NCBI GenBank assembly: GCA_937926175.1
Contig: CALANV010000058.1
Coordinates: forward strand, 47,544 to 111,543
Source: an uncultured Rhodospirillales bacterium
GTDB lineage: Bacteria; Pseudomonadota; Alphaproteobacteria; CACIAM-22H2
Direction of reading: 5' to 3'
DNA: 64,000 nucleotides
In this document: positions 40,474-50,863 of the stretch, piece after piece
How the letters are laid out: every line of letters starts with the position of its first letter
How positions within the stretch are numbered: the first letter of the stretch is position 1
Made by a program: the position numbers and the translations under genes
Notes under the pieces: generated by a model
The model's input: the letters and a program-made list of their open reading frames with translations, nothing else
Told to the model about the DNA's origin: nothing
Databases searched by the model: none

Positions 40474-41349
40474 ATGCCAGAGATCGCCGTCCGCCCGCGC
40501 CGCAGCGCGCTCTACGTACCCGGCTCGAACACCCGCGCGCTCGAGAAGGCGCGCACGCTCGACGCCGACGTTCTGATCTTCGACCTCGAGGACGGCGTCG
40601 CGCCCGACCGCAAGGTCGAGGCGCGCGAACAGGTCCTGGCGGCCCTCAAGGCCGGCGGCTACAGGGCCGAAACCGTCATCCGCATCAATCACCCCGGCAC
40701 CAAGCTCGGCGCCGCCGACCTCAAGGCGGTCGCGACGTCCGGCTGCGATGCGGTGCTTCTGCCCAAGGTCGAGACCGCGCAGGAGGTGCGCGATGCGGCG
40801 CTGCGCCTCGCCGCGGCCGGCGCACCCGCCGCAATGCAGATCTGGTGCATGATCGAAACGCCGCTCGGCGTGCTTCGCGTCCAGGACATCGCCTTCTCGA
40901 GCCCGCACCTCACCTGCCTCGTCATGGGTACGTCGGACCTCGCCAAGGACCTGCGCGCGCGGCATACGCCGGACCGGCTTCCCGTGCTCACGTCGTTGTC
41001 GTTGTGCGTGCTGGCGGCGCGCGCGGCGGGGCTTACGATCCTGGATGGCGTTCATCTCGACCTCGAGGACGAGGCCGGATTCCTCGCCGCGTGCCGGCAG
41101 GGCGCGGAGCTCGGCTTCGACGGAAAGACGCTGATCCATCCGAAGACGATCGACGGCGCAAATGCCGCGTTCGGGCCGACGCCAGAAGAGGTGGCGCTCG
41201 CCCGGCGCATCATCGACGCGCATGCCGAGGCGTTGAAGAAAGGCCAGGGTGTCACGGTCGTCGACGGCAAGCTCGTCGAACAGCTTCACGTCGAAAGCGC
41301 CAAGCGCACTGTTGCGCTTGCCGAAGCGATCGCTGCGCGCAAGGCCTGA
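40474..41349 (+). CDS. HpcH/HpaI-fold CoA-ester lyase, CitE-like (malyl-CoA/citramalyl-CoA lyase or thioesterase family)
   Basis: MPEIAVRPRRSALYVPGSNTRALEKARTLDADVLIFDLEDGVAP...MIETPLG...LIHP. SD GGGGAGAGGGGA. Confidence 0.8.
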   Translation: MPEIAVRPRRSALYVPGSNTRALEKARTLDADVLIFDLEDGVAPDRKVEAREQVLAALKAGGYRAETVIRINHPGTKLGAADLKAVATSGCDAVLLPKVETAQEVRDAALRLAAAGAPAAMQIWCMIETPLGVLRVQDIAFSSPHLTCLVMGTSDLAKDLRARHTPDRLPVLTSLSLCVLAARAAGLTILDGVHLDLEDEAGFLAACRQGAELGFDGKTLIHPKTIDGANAAFGPTPEEVALARRIIDAHAEALKKGQGVTVVDGKLVEQLHVESAKRTVALAEAIAARKA

Positions 41350-41527
41350 GCGCACACAATCCCGTGCGTCGTCGGCGCGGGCAAACCTGGCGTCCCCGAA
41401 AGAGGTTCCCCGGCGGGAGAGCGGGACCTTGCCCGGATGGCGAGGTCGGACGCCACGTGCGCCGATCCGCACCACCTGTGCAACGGTAAATGGCAATGCG
41501 TCCGTGATAACGTGATCGGGCGTTTAG

Positions 41528-42283
41528 CCCGAGCTCACGTCGATACTCGAACTTCGCCGGATCTCCAAACGCTTCAGCGCGATCGAGGCGCTCGCGGATG
41601 TCGATCTGACGCTCGCGCCCGGCGAGATTCTCGGCCTGATGGGCGACAACGGCGCCGGCAAGTCGACCCTGGTCAAGATCATCGCGGGGAACTTCCCGCC
41701 GTCGTCGGGCGAAATCCTGCTCGACGGCCGGCCGGTGCATTTCCATTGGCCGACCGATGCGCGCCATGCCGGGATCGAGGTCGTCTATCAGGACCTGGCT
41801 CTCTGCGACAACCTGACGGCTGCGGCGAATGTCTTTCTCGGCCGCGAGGTGCGCCGGTCCTTCGCCGGCATGTTCAGGTGTCTCGACAACGCCTACATGT
41901 ATCAGCGCGCGCGCGAGCTGTTCGCCGAACTCAAGTCCGATACGCGGCCCGCCGACCTCGTGCGCACCATGTTGGGCGGGCAGCGTCGGGCGGTGGCGAT
42001 CGCGCGCACGCGGCTCGCCCGGGCACGGACCGTGCTGATGGATGAGCCGACGGCGGCGATCAGCGTGCGCCAGGTGGCCGAGGTGCTCGATCTCATCCGC
42101 CGTCTGCGCGACCAGGGCATCGCCGTCATTCTCATCAGTCACCGCATGCCCGACGTCTTCGCCGTGTGCGACCGCATCATGGTGCTGCGGCGCGGCCGCA
42201 AGGTCGCCGAGAAACCCGTCGCGCAGACGTCGCCCGAGGAGATCACCGGCCTGATCACGGGCGCGATCGAGAGGGTGCCATGA
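41528..42283 (+). CDS. sugar ABC transporter ATP-binding protein (single NBD, CUT2/FrcA-like); N-terminal start codon unresolved
   Basis: PELTSILELRRISKRFSAIEALADVDLTLAPGEILGLMGDNGAGKSTL... An in-frame TAG lies at 41525 and there is no ATG, GTG or TTG before the conserved A-loop region. First ATG is at 41639. Confidence 0.7.
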   Translation, partial: PELTSILELRRISKRFSAIEALADVDLTLAPGEILGLMGDNGAGKSTLVKIIAGNFPPSSGEILLDGRPVHFHWPTDARHAGIEVVYQDLALCDNLTAAANVFLGREVRRSFAGMFRCLDNAYMYQRARELFAELKSDTRPADLVRTMLGGQRRAVAIARTRLARARTVLMDEPTAAISVRQVAEVLDLIRRLRDQGIAVILISHRMPDVFAVCDRIMVLRRGRKVAEKPVAQTSPEEITGLITGAIERVP

Positions 42284-43320
42284 CGACCGAGCACACGCTG
42301 GTCGCACCGCGGTCGCATCCGGAACGGAGCTTCGGTTTCGGCGCGCGCCTTCTCGGCAGCCAGGCGTTCTGGGCCAGCGTCGCCACGCTGATCATCTGCG
42401 TCGCGATAACGACGATCAGCGGCACCGTCGCAACGTATGAAAACGTCTTCAACACGACGCGCAACTTCGCATTCATCGGCATCATGGCGCTGGGACAGAC
42501 CGCCGTGATCATCACCGGCGGCATCGATCTCGCCGTCGGCTCGGTGATGGGGCTTTCCGGAATCGTGTTCGGGCTGATGATGACGTCCGGCTACTCCCTC
42601 TGGTCCAGCATCCTGGTCGCGCTCGCCGTGGCGCTCGCCTGCGGCGCGGTCAACGGGTATCTCGTCGCCTATCTGCAGCTGTCGCCGTTCGTCGTGACCC
42701 TGGGCATGCTGTCGATCGCGCGCAGCCTCGTGCTCGTCGTGTCGAACAACCGCATGGTCTATCAGTTCGGACCGGACGAGGAGCTGCTGTTCGCGCTCGG
42801 CGGCGGCGGTCTGTTCGGCATTCCCAATCCCGTGCTGGTGCTCGTCGGGTTGACGCTCGTGCTCGGCGCGTTGCTCAACTTCACCGCCTGGGGCCGGCAT
42901 CTCTACGCGATCGGCGGCAACGAGCAGGCGGCACGCCTCACCGGCGTGCCGGTCAATCGCATCAAGCTGTCGGCGTATCTCCTCAGCAGCCTCATGGCCG
43001 GCATCGCCGCGATTCTGATGATCGGCTGGCTCGGATCGGTCACCAATGCGCTCGGCCTGACCTACGAGCTGCGCGTGATCGCGGCGGCGGTGATCGGCGG
43101 TGCCAATCTTGCCGGCGGCGAAGGCACGGCCTACGGCGCGCTCATCGAGGCAGCCCTGCTCGAGATCATTCGCAACAGCCTGCTGCTCGCGGGCGTCGAT
43201 CCCTACTGGCAGGGCACGTTCATCGGTCTGTTCATCATCTTCGCGGTGCTGTTGGAGCGGGTTCGCGGCAAACGCGATACGGCGCTTTTCGAGCGGATCC
43301 GCGGCAAGAGGTCCGGCTGA
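42280..43320 (+). CDS. sugar ABC transporter permease (RbsC/FrcC-like)
   Basis: MTTEHTLVAPRSHPERSFGFGARLLGSQAFWASVATLIICVAI... about 10 TM. ATGA overlap with the ATPase. Confidence 0.85.
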   Translation: MTTEHTLVAPRSHPERSFGFGARLLGSQAFWASVATLIICVAITTISGTVATYENVFNTTRNFAFIGIMALGQTAVIITGGIDLAVGSVMGLSGIVFGLMMTSGYSLWSSILVALAVALACGAVNGYLVAYLQLSPFVVTLGMLSIARSLVLVVSNNRMVYQFGPDEELLFALGGGGLFGIPNPVLVLVGLTLVLGALLNFTAWGRHLYAIGGNEQAARLTGVPVNRIKLSAYLLSSLMAGIAAILMIGWLGSVTNALGLTYELRVIAAAVIGGANLAGGEGTAYGALIEAALLEIIRNSLLLAGVDPYWQGTFIGLFIIFAVLLERVRGKRDTALFERIRGKRSG

Positions 43321-43349
43321 CCGGACCCGGAGCAGGGAGGAAGAAAGCC

Positions 43350-44339
43350 ATGTTACGTCCTTTGCTTGCGGCGGCAGCAATGGTGCTGACGGCCGCGCCT
43401 GTCGTCGCGCAGACGGAGTACACGTTCGCGCTCGTCCCCAAGGCGATGAACAATCCGTTCTTCGACCTCGCCCGCGACGGCTGCATGAAGGCGCAGCAGG
43501 AGCTGAAAGGCGTGAAGTGCCTCTATATCGGCCCCAGCGAACACACCGAAACCGAACAGGTGCAAATCGTTCAGGACCTGATCAGCCGCCGGGTCGACGG
43601 CATCGCCGTCTCGCCGTCGAACGCGGGTGCGATCGGCCGCATCCTGAGAGCCGCCAAGGAGGCCGGCATCCCGGCCATCACCTGGGACGCCGATCTCGAG
43701 CCGCGCAACAAGGCGAACCGCATCACCTATATCGGCACCAGGAACTACGACATCGGCGCCAACCTGGCGAAACTGGCACAGGCCCGCAAGCCGAACGGCG
43801 GCAAGATCTGTCTGCAGTCCGGCGGCGCTGCGGCGGCCAATCATAACGAGCGCCTGCAGGGCATCGGCGACACGCTGGGTGGGATGACCGGCACGACGCC
43901 GCCGGGAACGCGGCTGACGGGCCAGAACGGGTGGACCGAGGTCGACGGCTGTCCGCTGTTCACCAACGACGACAGTGCCGTCGCCGTCCAGCAGTTCCAG
44001 GACATCCTCAACAAGTTCCAGGATCTCGACGTCTACATCTCGACCGGCGCGTTCACGCAGTGGTCGGACAATGCCTACCGGCAGGCGATCCGCCCGCACA
44101 TGGCTTGGGTGAAGAGCGGCAGTCTCGTCGTTGTCATGGCTGATACGCTGCCGATGCAGATGGCGCAGCTCGAGGACGGCCTGAGCCAAGGCCAGGTCGG
44201 CCAGCGGCCGTTCCAGATGGGCTATCTCGCGATGGAGAAGCTGTTCGCGATCAAGGGCGGCCAGACGGTCGAGGATCCGATCTACACCGGCCTCGACGTC
44301 TGTACGCCGGAGAACGCAACGATCTACCTGGACAAGTAA
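43350..44339 (+). CDS. sugar ABC transporter periplasmic substrate-binding protein (RbsB/LacI-fold)
   Basis: MLRPLLAAAAMVLTAAPVVAQTEYTFALVPKAMNNPFFDLARDG... signal peptide plus type I PBP. Confidence 0.85.
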   Translation: MLRPLLAAAAMVLTAAPVVAQTEYTFALVPKAMNNPFFDLARDGCMKAQQELKGVKCLYIGPSEHTETEQVQIVQDLISRRVDGIAVSPSNAGAIGRILRAAKEAGIPAITWDADLEPRNKANRITYIGTRNYDIGANLAKLAQARKPNGGKICLQSGGAAAANHNERLQGIGDTLGGMTGTTPPGTRLTGQNGWTEVDGCPLFTNDDSAVAVQQFQDILNKFQDLDVYISTGAFTQWSDNAYRQAIRPHMAWVKSGSLVVVMADTLPMQMAQLEDGLSQGQVGQRPFQMGYLAMEKLFAIKGGQTVEDPIYTGLDVCTPENATIYLDK

Positions 44340-44541
44340 ACCCTACGCACCGACCGCCCATCCTTTCGCGCGACCGGCCGCCTCGAGCCCCCTTGCCGGA
44401 CCCCCGGAAGGGGGCGCTTTTTGCGCCCGGTTCCCATGGCCCAGACATCGGTTGGCAAGGCGAAAGGCGGCGCGCTATTCCATTTCCGTCGCGGCCGCCC
44501 CGACGCCGCGGCCCATCGACGCGAAAGGGAGAGAAGAACGA

Positions 44542-45565
44542 CGTGCTCGGCAACTTCTTCGAGGACTTCCGTATCGGACAGAAGTTCCGGCACGCCAGTC
44601 CCCGCACCGTCACGACCGGCGATGTAGCGCTCTACACCGCGCTGACCGGCAGCCGCTTCGCCGTCAATTCCTCGACCGCGTTCGCGCGCATGATCGGGTT
44701 CGCCGATGCGCCCGTCGACGATTTGCTCGTCTTCCACATCGTCTTCGGCAAGACGGTACCGGACATCTCTTTCAACGCGGTCGCCAATCTCGGCTATGCC
44801 GAGCTGCGCTTCGGGGTGCCGGTCCATCCGGGCGATACGCTCGCCGCCGAATCCGAGGTGATCGGCCTCAAGCCGACATCGGACGGTCGTAGCGGGATTG
44901 TCTGGGTCCGGAGCCGCGGCATCAATCAGCGCGGCGAGATGGTCGTCGAGTTCGTGCGGTGGGTCATGGTGATGTGCCGCGCGCCCGGCCCGCGCGCATC
45001 GGCGGACGCGGTGGTGCCCGTGCTCGCCGAGGCCGTCGCCGTGCAGGACCTGATCGTGCCGGCGCTGGATCTGCGGGGCTACGATTTCGAGCTTGCCGGG
45101 GATACGCGGCGCTGGGCCGACTACGCGCCCGGCATGCGTCTCGATCACGTCATCGGGACGACCGTCGAGGACGCCGAGCATCAGCTCGCCACGCGCCTCT
45201 ATCAGAACACGGCGCGCGTTCATTTCGACGCCATCTTTGCCGCGGCGGGGCGTTTCGGCCGCCGTCTTGTGTATGGCGGCCACGTCATCAGTCTGGCGCG
45301 CGCCGCCTCGTTCAACGGCCTCGCCAATGCGTTTCGCATCGCGGCGATCAACGGCGGGCGCCACGCCGCGCCGGTCATGGCGGGCGACACGGTCTATGCC
45401 TGGACCGAGGTTCTGGATCGCCTCGATCTGCCGACGCGCACCGATCTGGGCGCGCTGCGCCTGCGCACGATCGCGACCAAGAACCAGCCTTGCGCCGATT
45501 TTCCGCCGCCGGATCATCCGGCCGTCGTTCTCGATCTCGACTACACGGTGCTCGTTCCGCGCTGA
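44542..45565 (+). CDS. MaoC-family double-hotdog hydratase (mesaconyl-CoA / itaconyl-CoA hydratase-like)
   Basis: (V)LGNFFEDFRIGQKFRHASPRTVTTGDVALYTALTG... Two hotdog halves, 341 aa. GTG start with SD AAAGGGAGAGAAG. Confidence 0.75.
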
Positions 45566-45752
45566 ACGCCAGCCGTAGGATCAAGGCGTCGACGATTCCA
45601 CCAAATATTGTTTGCGCGGCGCGAGTCCGCCGTGATAGGGAACGCGCGTCAGGTGTGCTGGACCGAGCACGAACACCGACACATCGACGGGTCATCCTGA
45701 CGCGAGGCCCGCTGCCGTCCGTCCGGGCGGGACGGACGGATCCTGCTTTCAA

Positions 45753-45791
45753 GCACCGGCGATGACGTCATCGCCGGTGCGGCTGTTTTTG
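45753..45791 (+). terminator. Rho-independent terminator: 28-nt perfect palindrome followed by a T-run
   Basis: GCACCGGCGATGACGTCATCGCCGGTGC-ggctgTTTTTg. Confidence 0.6.
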
Positions 45792-46821
45792 CGCCATGTC
45801 GTTCCGACGATGCGGGACCCGGAAATAAGAGAGGCGTCAGGCGCGCTGGACCGAGATCCGACGCTTAACGTGTTCGGGCGGAACACGACCTGACGCCTCG
45901 GAGCGCCGGGGCACGAAACCCATGCGACTCCCTGGCCTCGCGACAGCTCGGGCGTACCTTCGTCATGCGGTGCGACGTCGCGGCCGATACGTCGCCCGAT
46001 GCACGACGGCGGGACCGGGAGATCCCGAGCCCGAGGGAGAAGCGCCAGACCCTGCCGTCCCGCACTGCCGACCGGCTGGTCTCCGGCAACGATTGGTACA
46101 ATCGCCGCGGAAGGACCCGATGCGACGGGCGCAGCATCCGGTACCGCGCCTCATGCATCGCCCGGCGATCCGCCTTGCGGCGAATCACCGGCCGTCCGGA
46201 CGCGTGCGGCTGGGGCGAGCCTGTTGCCGGCTCCCGCCCGACAAACGGCGCCATCCGGCAACGGCGCCTCATGCCGGGCCGACGGTGCGCCCGCACCGGA
46301 TCCGTTCGGACCCGGGAGCGCGATCCGCCCCGGAAAGGTCGTTCCGCCTGCGTCCGCCGACCGTCTCCCGTGCGGGACACGGCGCCCTTGGCCCAGGGCC
46401 TTCGGGCGGCGCCGCGGAGCCTTGCATGCCTTTCCGCGCTTTCGCGTGCCGTGGAAATGCTCGCAGAAATTTTTTCGCCGATAAACAATAAAAGCGCCGG
46501 GCGCTGAAAATTTCTGTTGATAGAATCCTTAATTCCACACAATTCATCCCCGCATTATCCCCGGAATTCTCCACAGTTTGCGGACGAACCCGTTCGGGGC
46601 GTGGCCATGACCAAATCGTGGGCACCGGCCGGTCCGGGTTCGCGCCCGATTCAAGTGAGGTCGGTGCCGCGCGAAGGCTATCGGCCCGGCATTTCGCACT
46701 TGCGTCCGGCAACGTTGACGGGACGGGGGCACAGGGTCTAAATCAGCGGCGCATCACAACAATTCCGCCGGGGCGGTGCTTGTTTGCGCCGCGCGACCGG
46801 TTCCAAGCCACTTGAGGCGAC

Positions 46822-47259
46822 ATGCCGAACGATCCGTCGATGGCGCGCGGAAGCCCACATCCGACTCGATCCGCGCGACCGCTTTCGCCGCATATTCAGA
46901 TCTACCGTCCGCAGCTCACGTCCGTCCTTTCCATCAGCCACCGTATCACCGGTCTCGTGCTGGTGGTCGGAACGCTGATGCTGGTGTGTTGGCTGATCGC
47001 CGCTGCGACCGGACCCGAAGCGTTTGCCGGGGTACAGGCCTTTCTCGGATCGTGGATCGGCCTGGTGCTGCTGTTCGGCTGGAGCGTTGCGCTGTTCTAC
47101 CATCTTAGCAACGGCATCCGGCATCTGTTCTGGGATGCGGGCTACGGCTACGAGATCGCGACGGCCTATCGCTCGGGCTGGGCGGTCGTGGGCGCTACCG
47201 TGGTGCTGACGCTGCTCGCCTGGGGCGTCGGGCTTGCGGTTCTGGGGGGGCGGCCATGA
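46822..47259 (+). CDS. sdhC: succinate dehydrogenase cytochrome b556 subunit
   Basis: RPLSPHIQIYRPQLTSVLSISHRITG. 3 TM. Confidence 0.9.
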   Translation: MPNDPSMARGSPHPTRSARPLSPHIQIYRPQLTSVLSISHRITGLVLVVGTLMLVCWLIAAATGPEAFAGVQAFLGSWIGLVLLFGWSVALFYHLSNGIRHLFWDAGYGYEIATAYRSGWAVVGATVVLTLLAWGVGLAVLGGRP

Positions 47260-47651
47260 GCAACCGCGCCAATACCCTGCGCACGCAGCTCGGTCGCGTG
47301 CGCGGCCTGGGTGCGGCTCACCACGGCGTCGGCCACTGGTGGGCGCAGCGGGTCACCGCGGTCGCGCTGGTGCCGCTCGCCGTCTGGTTCGTCGCCTCGA
47401 TCGTAGCCCTAGCCGGCGCCGACCACGCCGCCGTCGTCGACTGGATCCGGAACCCGGTCTCGGCCGTCCTGTTGGTCGCGCTGATCGCGGCGGTTTTCCA
47501 CCACGCGCAGCTTGGCGTCCAGGTCGTCATCGAAGACTACGTCCATCACGAAGGGGTGAAAATCGGGAGCCTGCTGGCGGTGAAGGCTGTCCTGCTTCTG
47601 CTTGCGCTGGCTGCAGTTTTTGCCGTCCTGCGGATCGCCCTCGGAGGTTGA
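47256..47651 (+). CDS. sdhD: succinate dehydrogenase hydrophobic membrane anchor
   Basis: [45 protein letters not shown] overlap with sdhC. Confidence 0.9.
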   Translation: MSNRANTLRTQLGRVRGLGAAHHGVGHWWAQRVTAVALVPLAVWFVASIVALAGADHAAVVDWIRNPVSAVLLVALIAAVFHHAQLGVQVVIEDYVHHEGVKIGSLLAVKAVLLLLALAAVFAVLRIALGG

Positions 47652-47658
47652 GAACACC

Positions 47659-49482
47659 ATGCCTGAATCAACGAAAGTGACGACGCATCGCGTCACACCG
47701 GCCTATCCGATCATCGACCACACCTACGACGTCGTCGTGGTCGGTGCCGGCGGTGCCGGCCTGCGGGCGACGTTCGGCATGGCGATCGCCGGCCTCAAGA
47801 CCGCGTGCATCTCGAAGATCTTCCCCACGCGCAGCCACACCGTGGCGGCGCAGGGCGGAATCTCGGCCGCGCTCGGCAACATGGGACCGGACGACTGGCG
47901 CTGGCACATGTACGACACCGTCAAGGGCTCCGACTGGCTCGGCGACCAGGACGCGATCGAGTACATGTGCAAGGAGGCGATCCCGGCGATCATCGAGCTC
48001 GAGCACTATGGCGTGCCGTTCAGCCGCACGCCCGACGGCAAGATCTACCAGCGGCCGTTCGGCGGCATGACGACGGAATACGGCAAGGGTGTCGCGCATC
48101 GCACCTGCGCCGCGGCCGATCGCACCGGCCACGCCATCCTTCACACACTGTATCAGCAGTCGTTGCGGCACAACGCGGAGTTCTTCATCGAGTACTTCGC
48201 GCTCGACCTCATCATGGACGACGAGGGCACCTGCCGCGGCGTGATGGCCTGGAATCTCACCGACGGCACCATCCACCGTTTCCGCGCGCATCTGACGGTG
48301 CTTGCGACCGGCGGCTACGGCCGCGCCTATTTCTCGTGCACGTCCGCCCATACCTGCACGGGCGACGGCAACGCCATGGTGCTGCGCGCCGGGCTGCCGC
48401 TCCAGGACATGGAGTTCGTGCAGTTCCATCCGACCGGCATCTACGGCGCCGGCTGCCTCATCACCGAAGGCAGTCGCGGCGAGGGCGGATATCTCACCAA
48501 CTCCGAGGGCGAGCGGTTCATGGAGCGCTACGCGCCGTCGGCCAAGGATCTTGCCTCGCGCGACGTCGTCTCGCGTGCGATGACGATCGAGATCCGCGAG
48601 GGCCGCGGCTGCGGACCGCAGAAGGACTACATCCTGCTGCACCTCGAGCATCTGGGCGAGGACGTGCTGCGCGAGCGCCTGCCCGGCATCTCGGAGACCG
48701 CCAAGATCTTCGCCGGCGTCGACGTGACGAAGGAGCCGATCCCGGTGCTGCCGACCGTGCACTACAACATGGGCGGCATCCCGACGAACTACCGCGGCGA
48801 GGTCGTCACCCTGAAGGACGGCAATCCGGATGCGGTCGTGCCGGGCCTGATGGCGATCGGCGAAGCGGCCTGTGTGTCGGTCCACGGCGCCAACCGTCTG
48901 GGCTCGAACTCGCTGCTCGACCTCGTCGTCTTCGGCCGCGCGGCCGCCAAGCGCGCGGCGGAACTGGTCAAGCCGGGCACGCCGCACCCGCCGCTTCCGC
49001 GCGATGCGGGCGATGCGGCGCTGGCGCGCTTCGACCGCCTGCGCCACGCCAACGGCAGCACGCCGACCGCGGCACTCCGGCTCGAGATGCAGAAGGTGAT
49101 GCAGAACCACTGCGCGGTGTTCCGCACCGAGCAGGTGCTCGCCGAGGGCATACAGCTTCTCGAAGAAACGCGGAAGAAGAGCGCCGATATCCGCGTCAAC
49201 GACCGTTCGCTGGTGTGGAACTCGGACCTCGTCGAGACGCTCGAGTACGACAACCTGATCGCGCAGGCGATCGTCACCATGCATTCGGCGTACAACCGCC
49301 GGGAAAGCCGAGGCGCGCACGCGCGCGAGGACTTTCCGGAGCGCGACGACGTCAATTGGCTGAAGCACACCGTGGCGTGGCTGGACGACAACGGCAAGGT
49401 CCGGATCGACTACCGGCCCGTGCACCTCAATCCGCTCACGAACGAGGTTCAGAGCTTCCCGCCGAAGGCGCGCGTGTACTGA
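47659..49482 (+). CDS. sdhA: succinate dehydrogenase flavoprotein subunit
   Basis: [15 protein letters not shown]...[10 protein letters not shown]... FAD covalent His region. SD GGAGG. Confidence 0.95.
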   Translation: MPESTKVTTHRVTPAYPIIDHTYDVVVVGAGGAGLRATFGMAIAGLKTACISKIFPTRSHTVAAQGGISAALGNMGPDDWRWHMYDTVKGSDWLGDQDAIEYMCKEAIPAIIELEHYGVPFSRTPDGKIYQRPFGGMTTEYGKGVAHRTCAAADRTGHAILHTLYQQSLRHNAEFFIEYFALDLIMDDEGTCRGVMAWNLTDGTIHRFRAHLTVLATGGYGRAYFSCTSAHTCTGDGNAMVLRAGLPLQDMEFVQFHPTGIYGAGCLITEGSRGEGGYLTNSEGERFMERYAPSAKDLASRDVVSRAMTIEIREGRGCGPQKDYILLHLEHLGEDVLRERLPGISETAKIFAGVDVTKEPIPVLPTVHYNMGGIPTNYRGEVVTLKDGNPDAVVPGLMAIGEAACVSVHGANRLGSNSLLDLVVFGRAAAKRAAELVKPGTPHPPLPRDAGDAALARFDRLRHANGSTPTAALRLEMQKVMQNHCAVFRTEQVLAEGIQLLEETRKKSADIRVNDRSLVWNSDLVETLEYDNLIAQAIVTMHSAYNRRESRGAHAREDFPERDDVNWLKHTVAWLDDNGKVRIDYRPVHLNPLTNEVQSFPPKARVY

Positions 49483-49578
49483 GGTTTCAACCGTCGGCGG
49501 CCAGCCGTCAGCCTGACCGCCCAGGCGGCATCACAACCGTGCTGACAGCTGGTTGCTGAACGCTGAGAGCATCATCAG

Positions 49579-50355
49579 ATGGCCGAATTCGCACTTCCCG
49601 CCAACTCGAAGGTCACCGAGGGCAAGACCTGGCCGGCGCCCAAGGGCGCCACGCGCATCAAGACCTTCAAGATCTACCGCTGGGATCCGGACTCGGGCGC
49701 GAACCCGCGCATCGACACCTATCAGGTCGATCTCGATTCGTGCGGGCCGATGGTTCTGGACGCGCTGATCAAGATCAAGAACGAGATCGACTCGACGCTG
49801 ACCTTCCGGCGCTCGTGCCGCGAGGGCGTGTGCGGCTCGTGCGCCATGAACATCCAGGGCACGAACACGCTGGCCTGCACCAAGGCCATCGAGGACTGCG
49901 CGGGCGACGTGAAGATCTATCCGTTGCCGCATATGCCGGTGATCAAGGACCTTGTGCCGGACCTGAGCGGGGCGTTCGCGCAGTACCGGATGATCGAACC
50001 GTGGCTGAAGACCGAGACGCCGCCGCCCGACCGCGAGCGCCTGCAGACGCCGGAGGACCGCGCGCGGCTCGACGGGTTGTGGGAATGCATCCTGTGCTTC
50101 TGCTGCTCGACGAGCTGCCCCAGCTATTGGTGGAACGGCGATCGCTATCTCGGACCCGCCGTGCTGCTGCAGGCGTATCGGTGGATCGCCGACAGCCGCG
50201 ACGAGGCGACGGGCGAGCGGCTCGACGCGCTCGAGGATCCGTTCCGCCTCTATCGCTGCCACACCATCATGAACTGCACGCGGACGTGCCCGAAGGGCCT
50301 CAATCCGGCCAAGGCGATCGGCGAAATAAAGAAGCTGATGATCGCACGCCGCTGA
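49579..50355 (+). CDS. sdhB: succinate dehydrogenase iron-sulfur subunit
   Basis: [41 protein letters not shown] clusters. Confidence 0.95.
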   Translation: MAEFALPANSKVTEGKTWPAPKGATRIKTFKIYRWDPDSGANPRIDTYQVDLDSCGPMVLDALIKIKNEIDSTLTFRRSCREGVCGSCAMNIQGTNTLACTKAIEDCAGDVKIYPLPHMPVIKDLVPDLSGAFAQYRMIEPWLKTETPPPDRERLQTPEDRARLDGLWECILCFCCSTSCPSYWWNGDRYLGPAVLLQAYRWIADSRDEATGERLDALEDPFRLYRCHTIMNCTRTCPKGLNPAKAIGEIKKLMIARR

Positions 50356-50401
50356 TCTTCAGAAAGGCGGCGCTCTTCCGAATCGCGCGGCCGACCGCCG
50401 G

Positions 50402-50815
50402 TCAGCCGCGCTCTTCGTCCGTCCGGCGACGGACCTTCAGGACGGTGATGCGCCTGATGTCGCCGTCGAGACCCTCGAACTCGATCGACTGTCCTTCCGA
50501 CAGACCGATCAGTGCCGCACCGAGCGGAGTCAGAACCGACAACGTGTCCTCGCCCGAGTTGCGCTCGGACGGATAGACAAGCGTGACGGTGCGTTCGCGT
50601 CCGCTCGCTTCGTCCCGGAACAGGACCTGCGTATGCATGGTCACGGTGCCGGGTGGAATCTCGGCATTGTCCACGACCGTCGCCCGCGTAAGTTCTCGCA
50701 GCAGCAGATCGGCCGCCTTGGACAGCTTCCCGCCGCCGTAGGTCGCCAGCAGGTGATCGAGCCGGGCGAAGTCGTGCCGGCTGATCCGGATCGCGGGAAG
50801 GTCTTCGGACGTCAT
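50402..50815 (-). CDS. GreA/GreB-family regulator, Rnk (nucleoside diphosphate kinase regulator)-like
   Basis: 137 aa. C-terminal FKBP-like GreA domain (VTLVYPSERNSGEDTLSVLTPLGAALIGLSEGQSIEF). Confidence 0.75.
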   Translation of the reverse strand: MTSEDLPAIRISRHDFARLDHLLATYGGGKLSKAADLLLRELTRATVVDNAEIPPGTVTMHTQVLFRDEASGRERTVTLVYPSERNSGEDTLSVLTPLGAALIGLSEGQSIEFEGLDGDIRRITVLKVRRRTDEERG

Positions 50816-50863
50816 GTCTTTTCGCCTCGTGGAAATTCGAGCAAAGTCGGGTCGTGACGGCGG

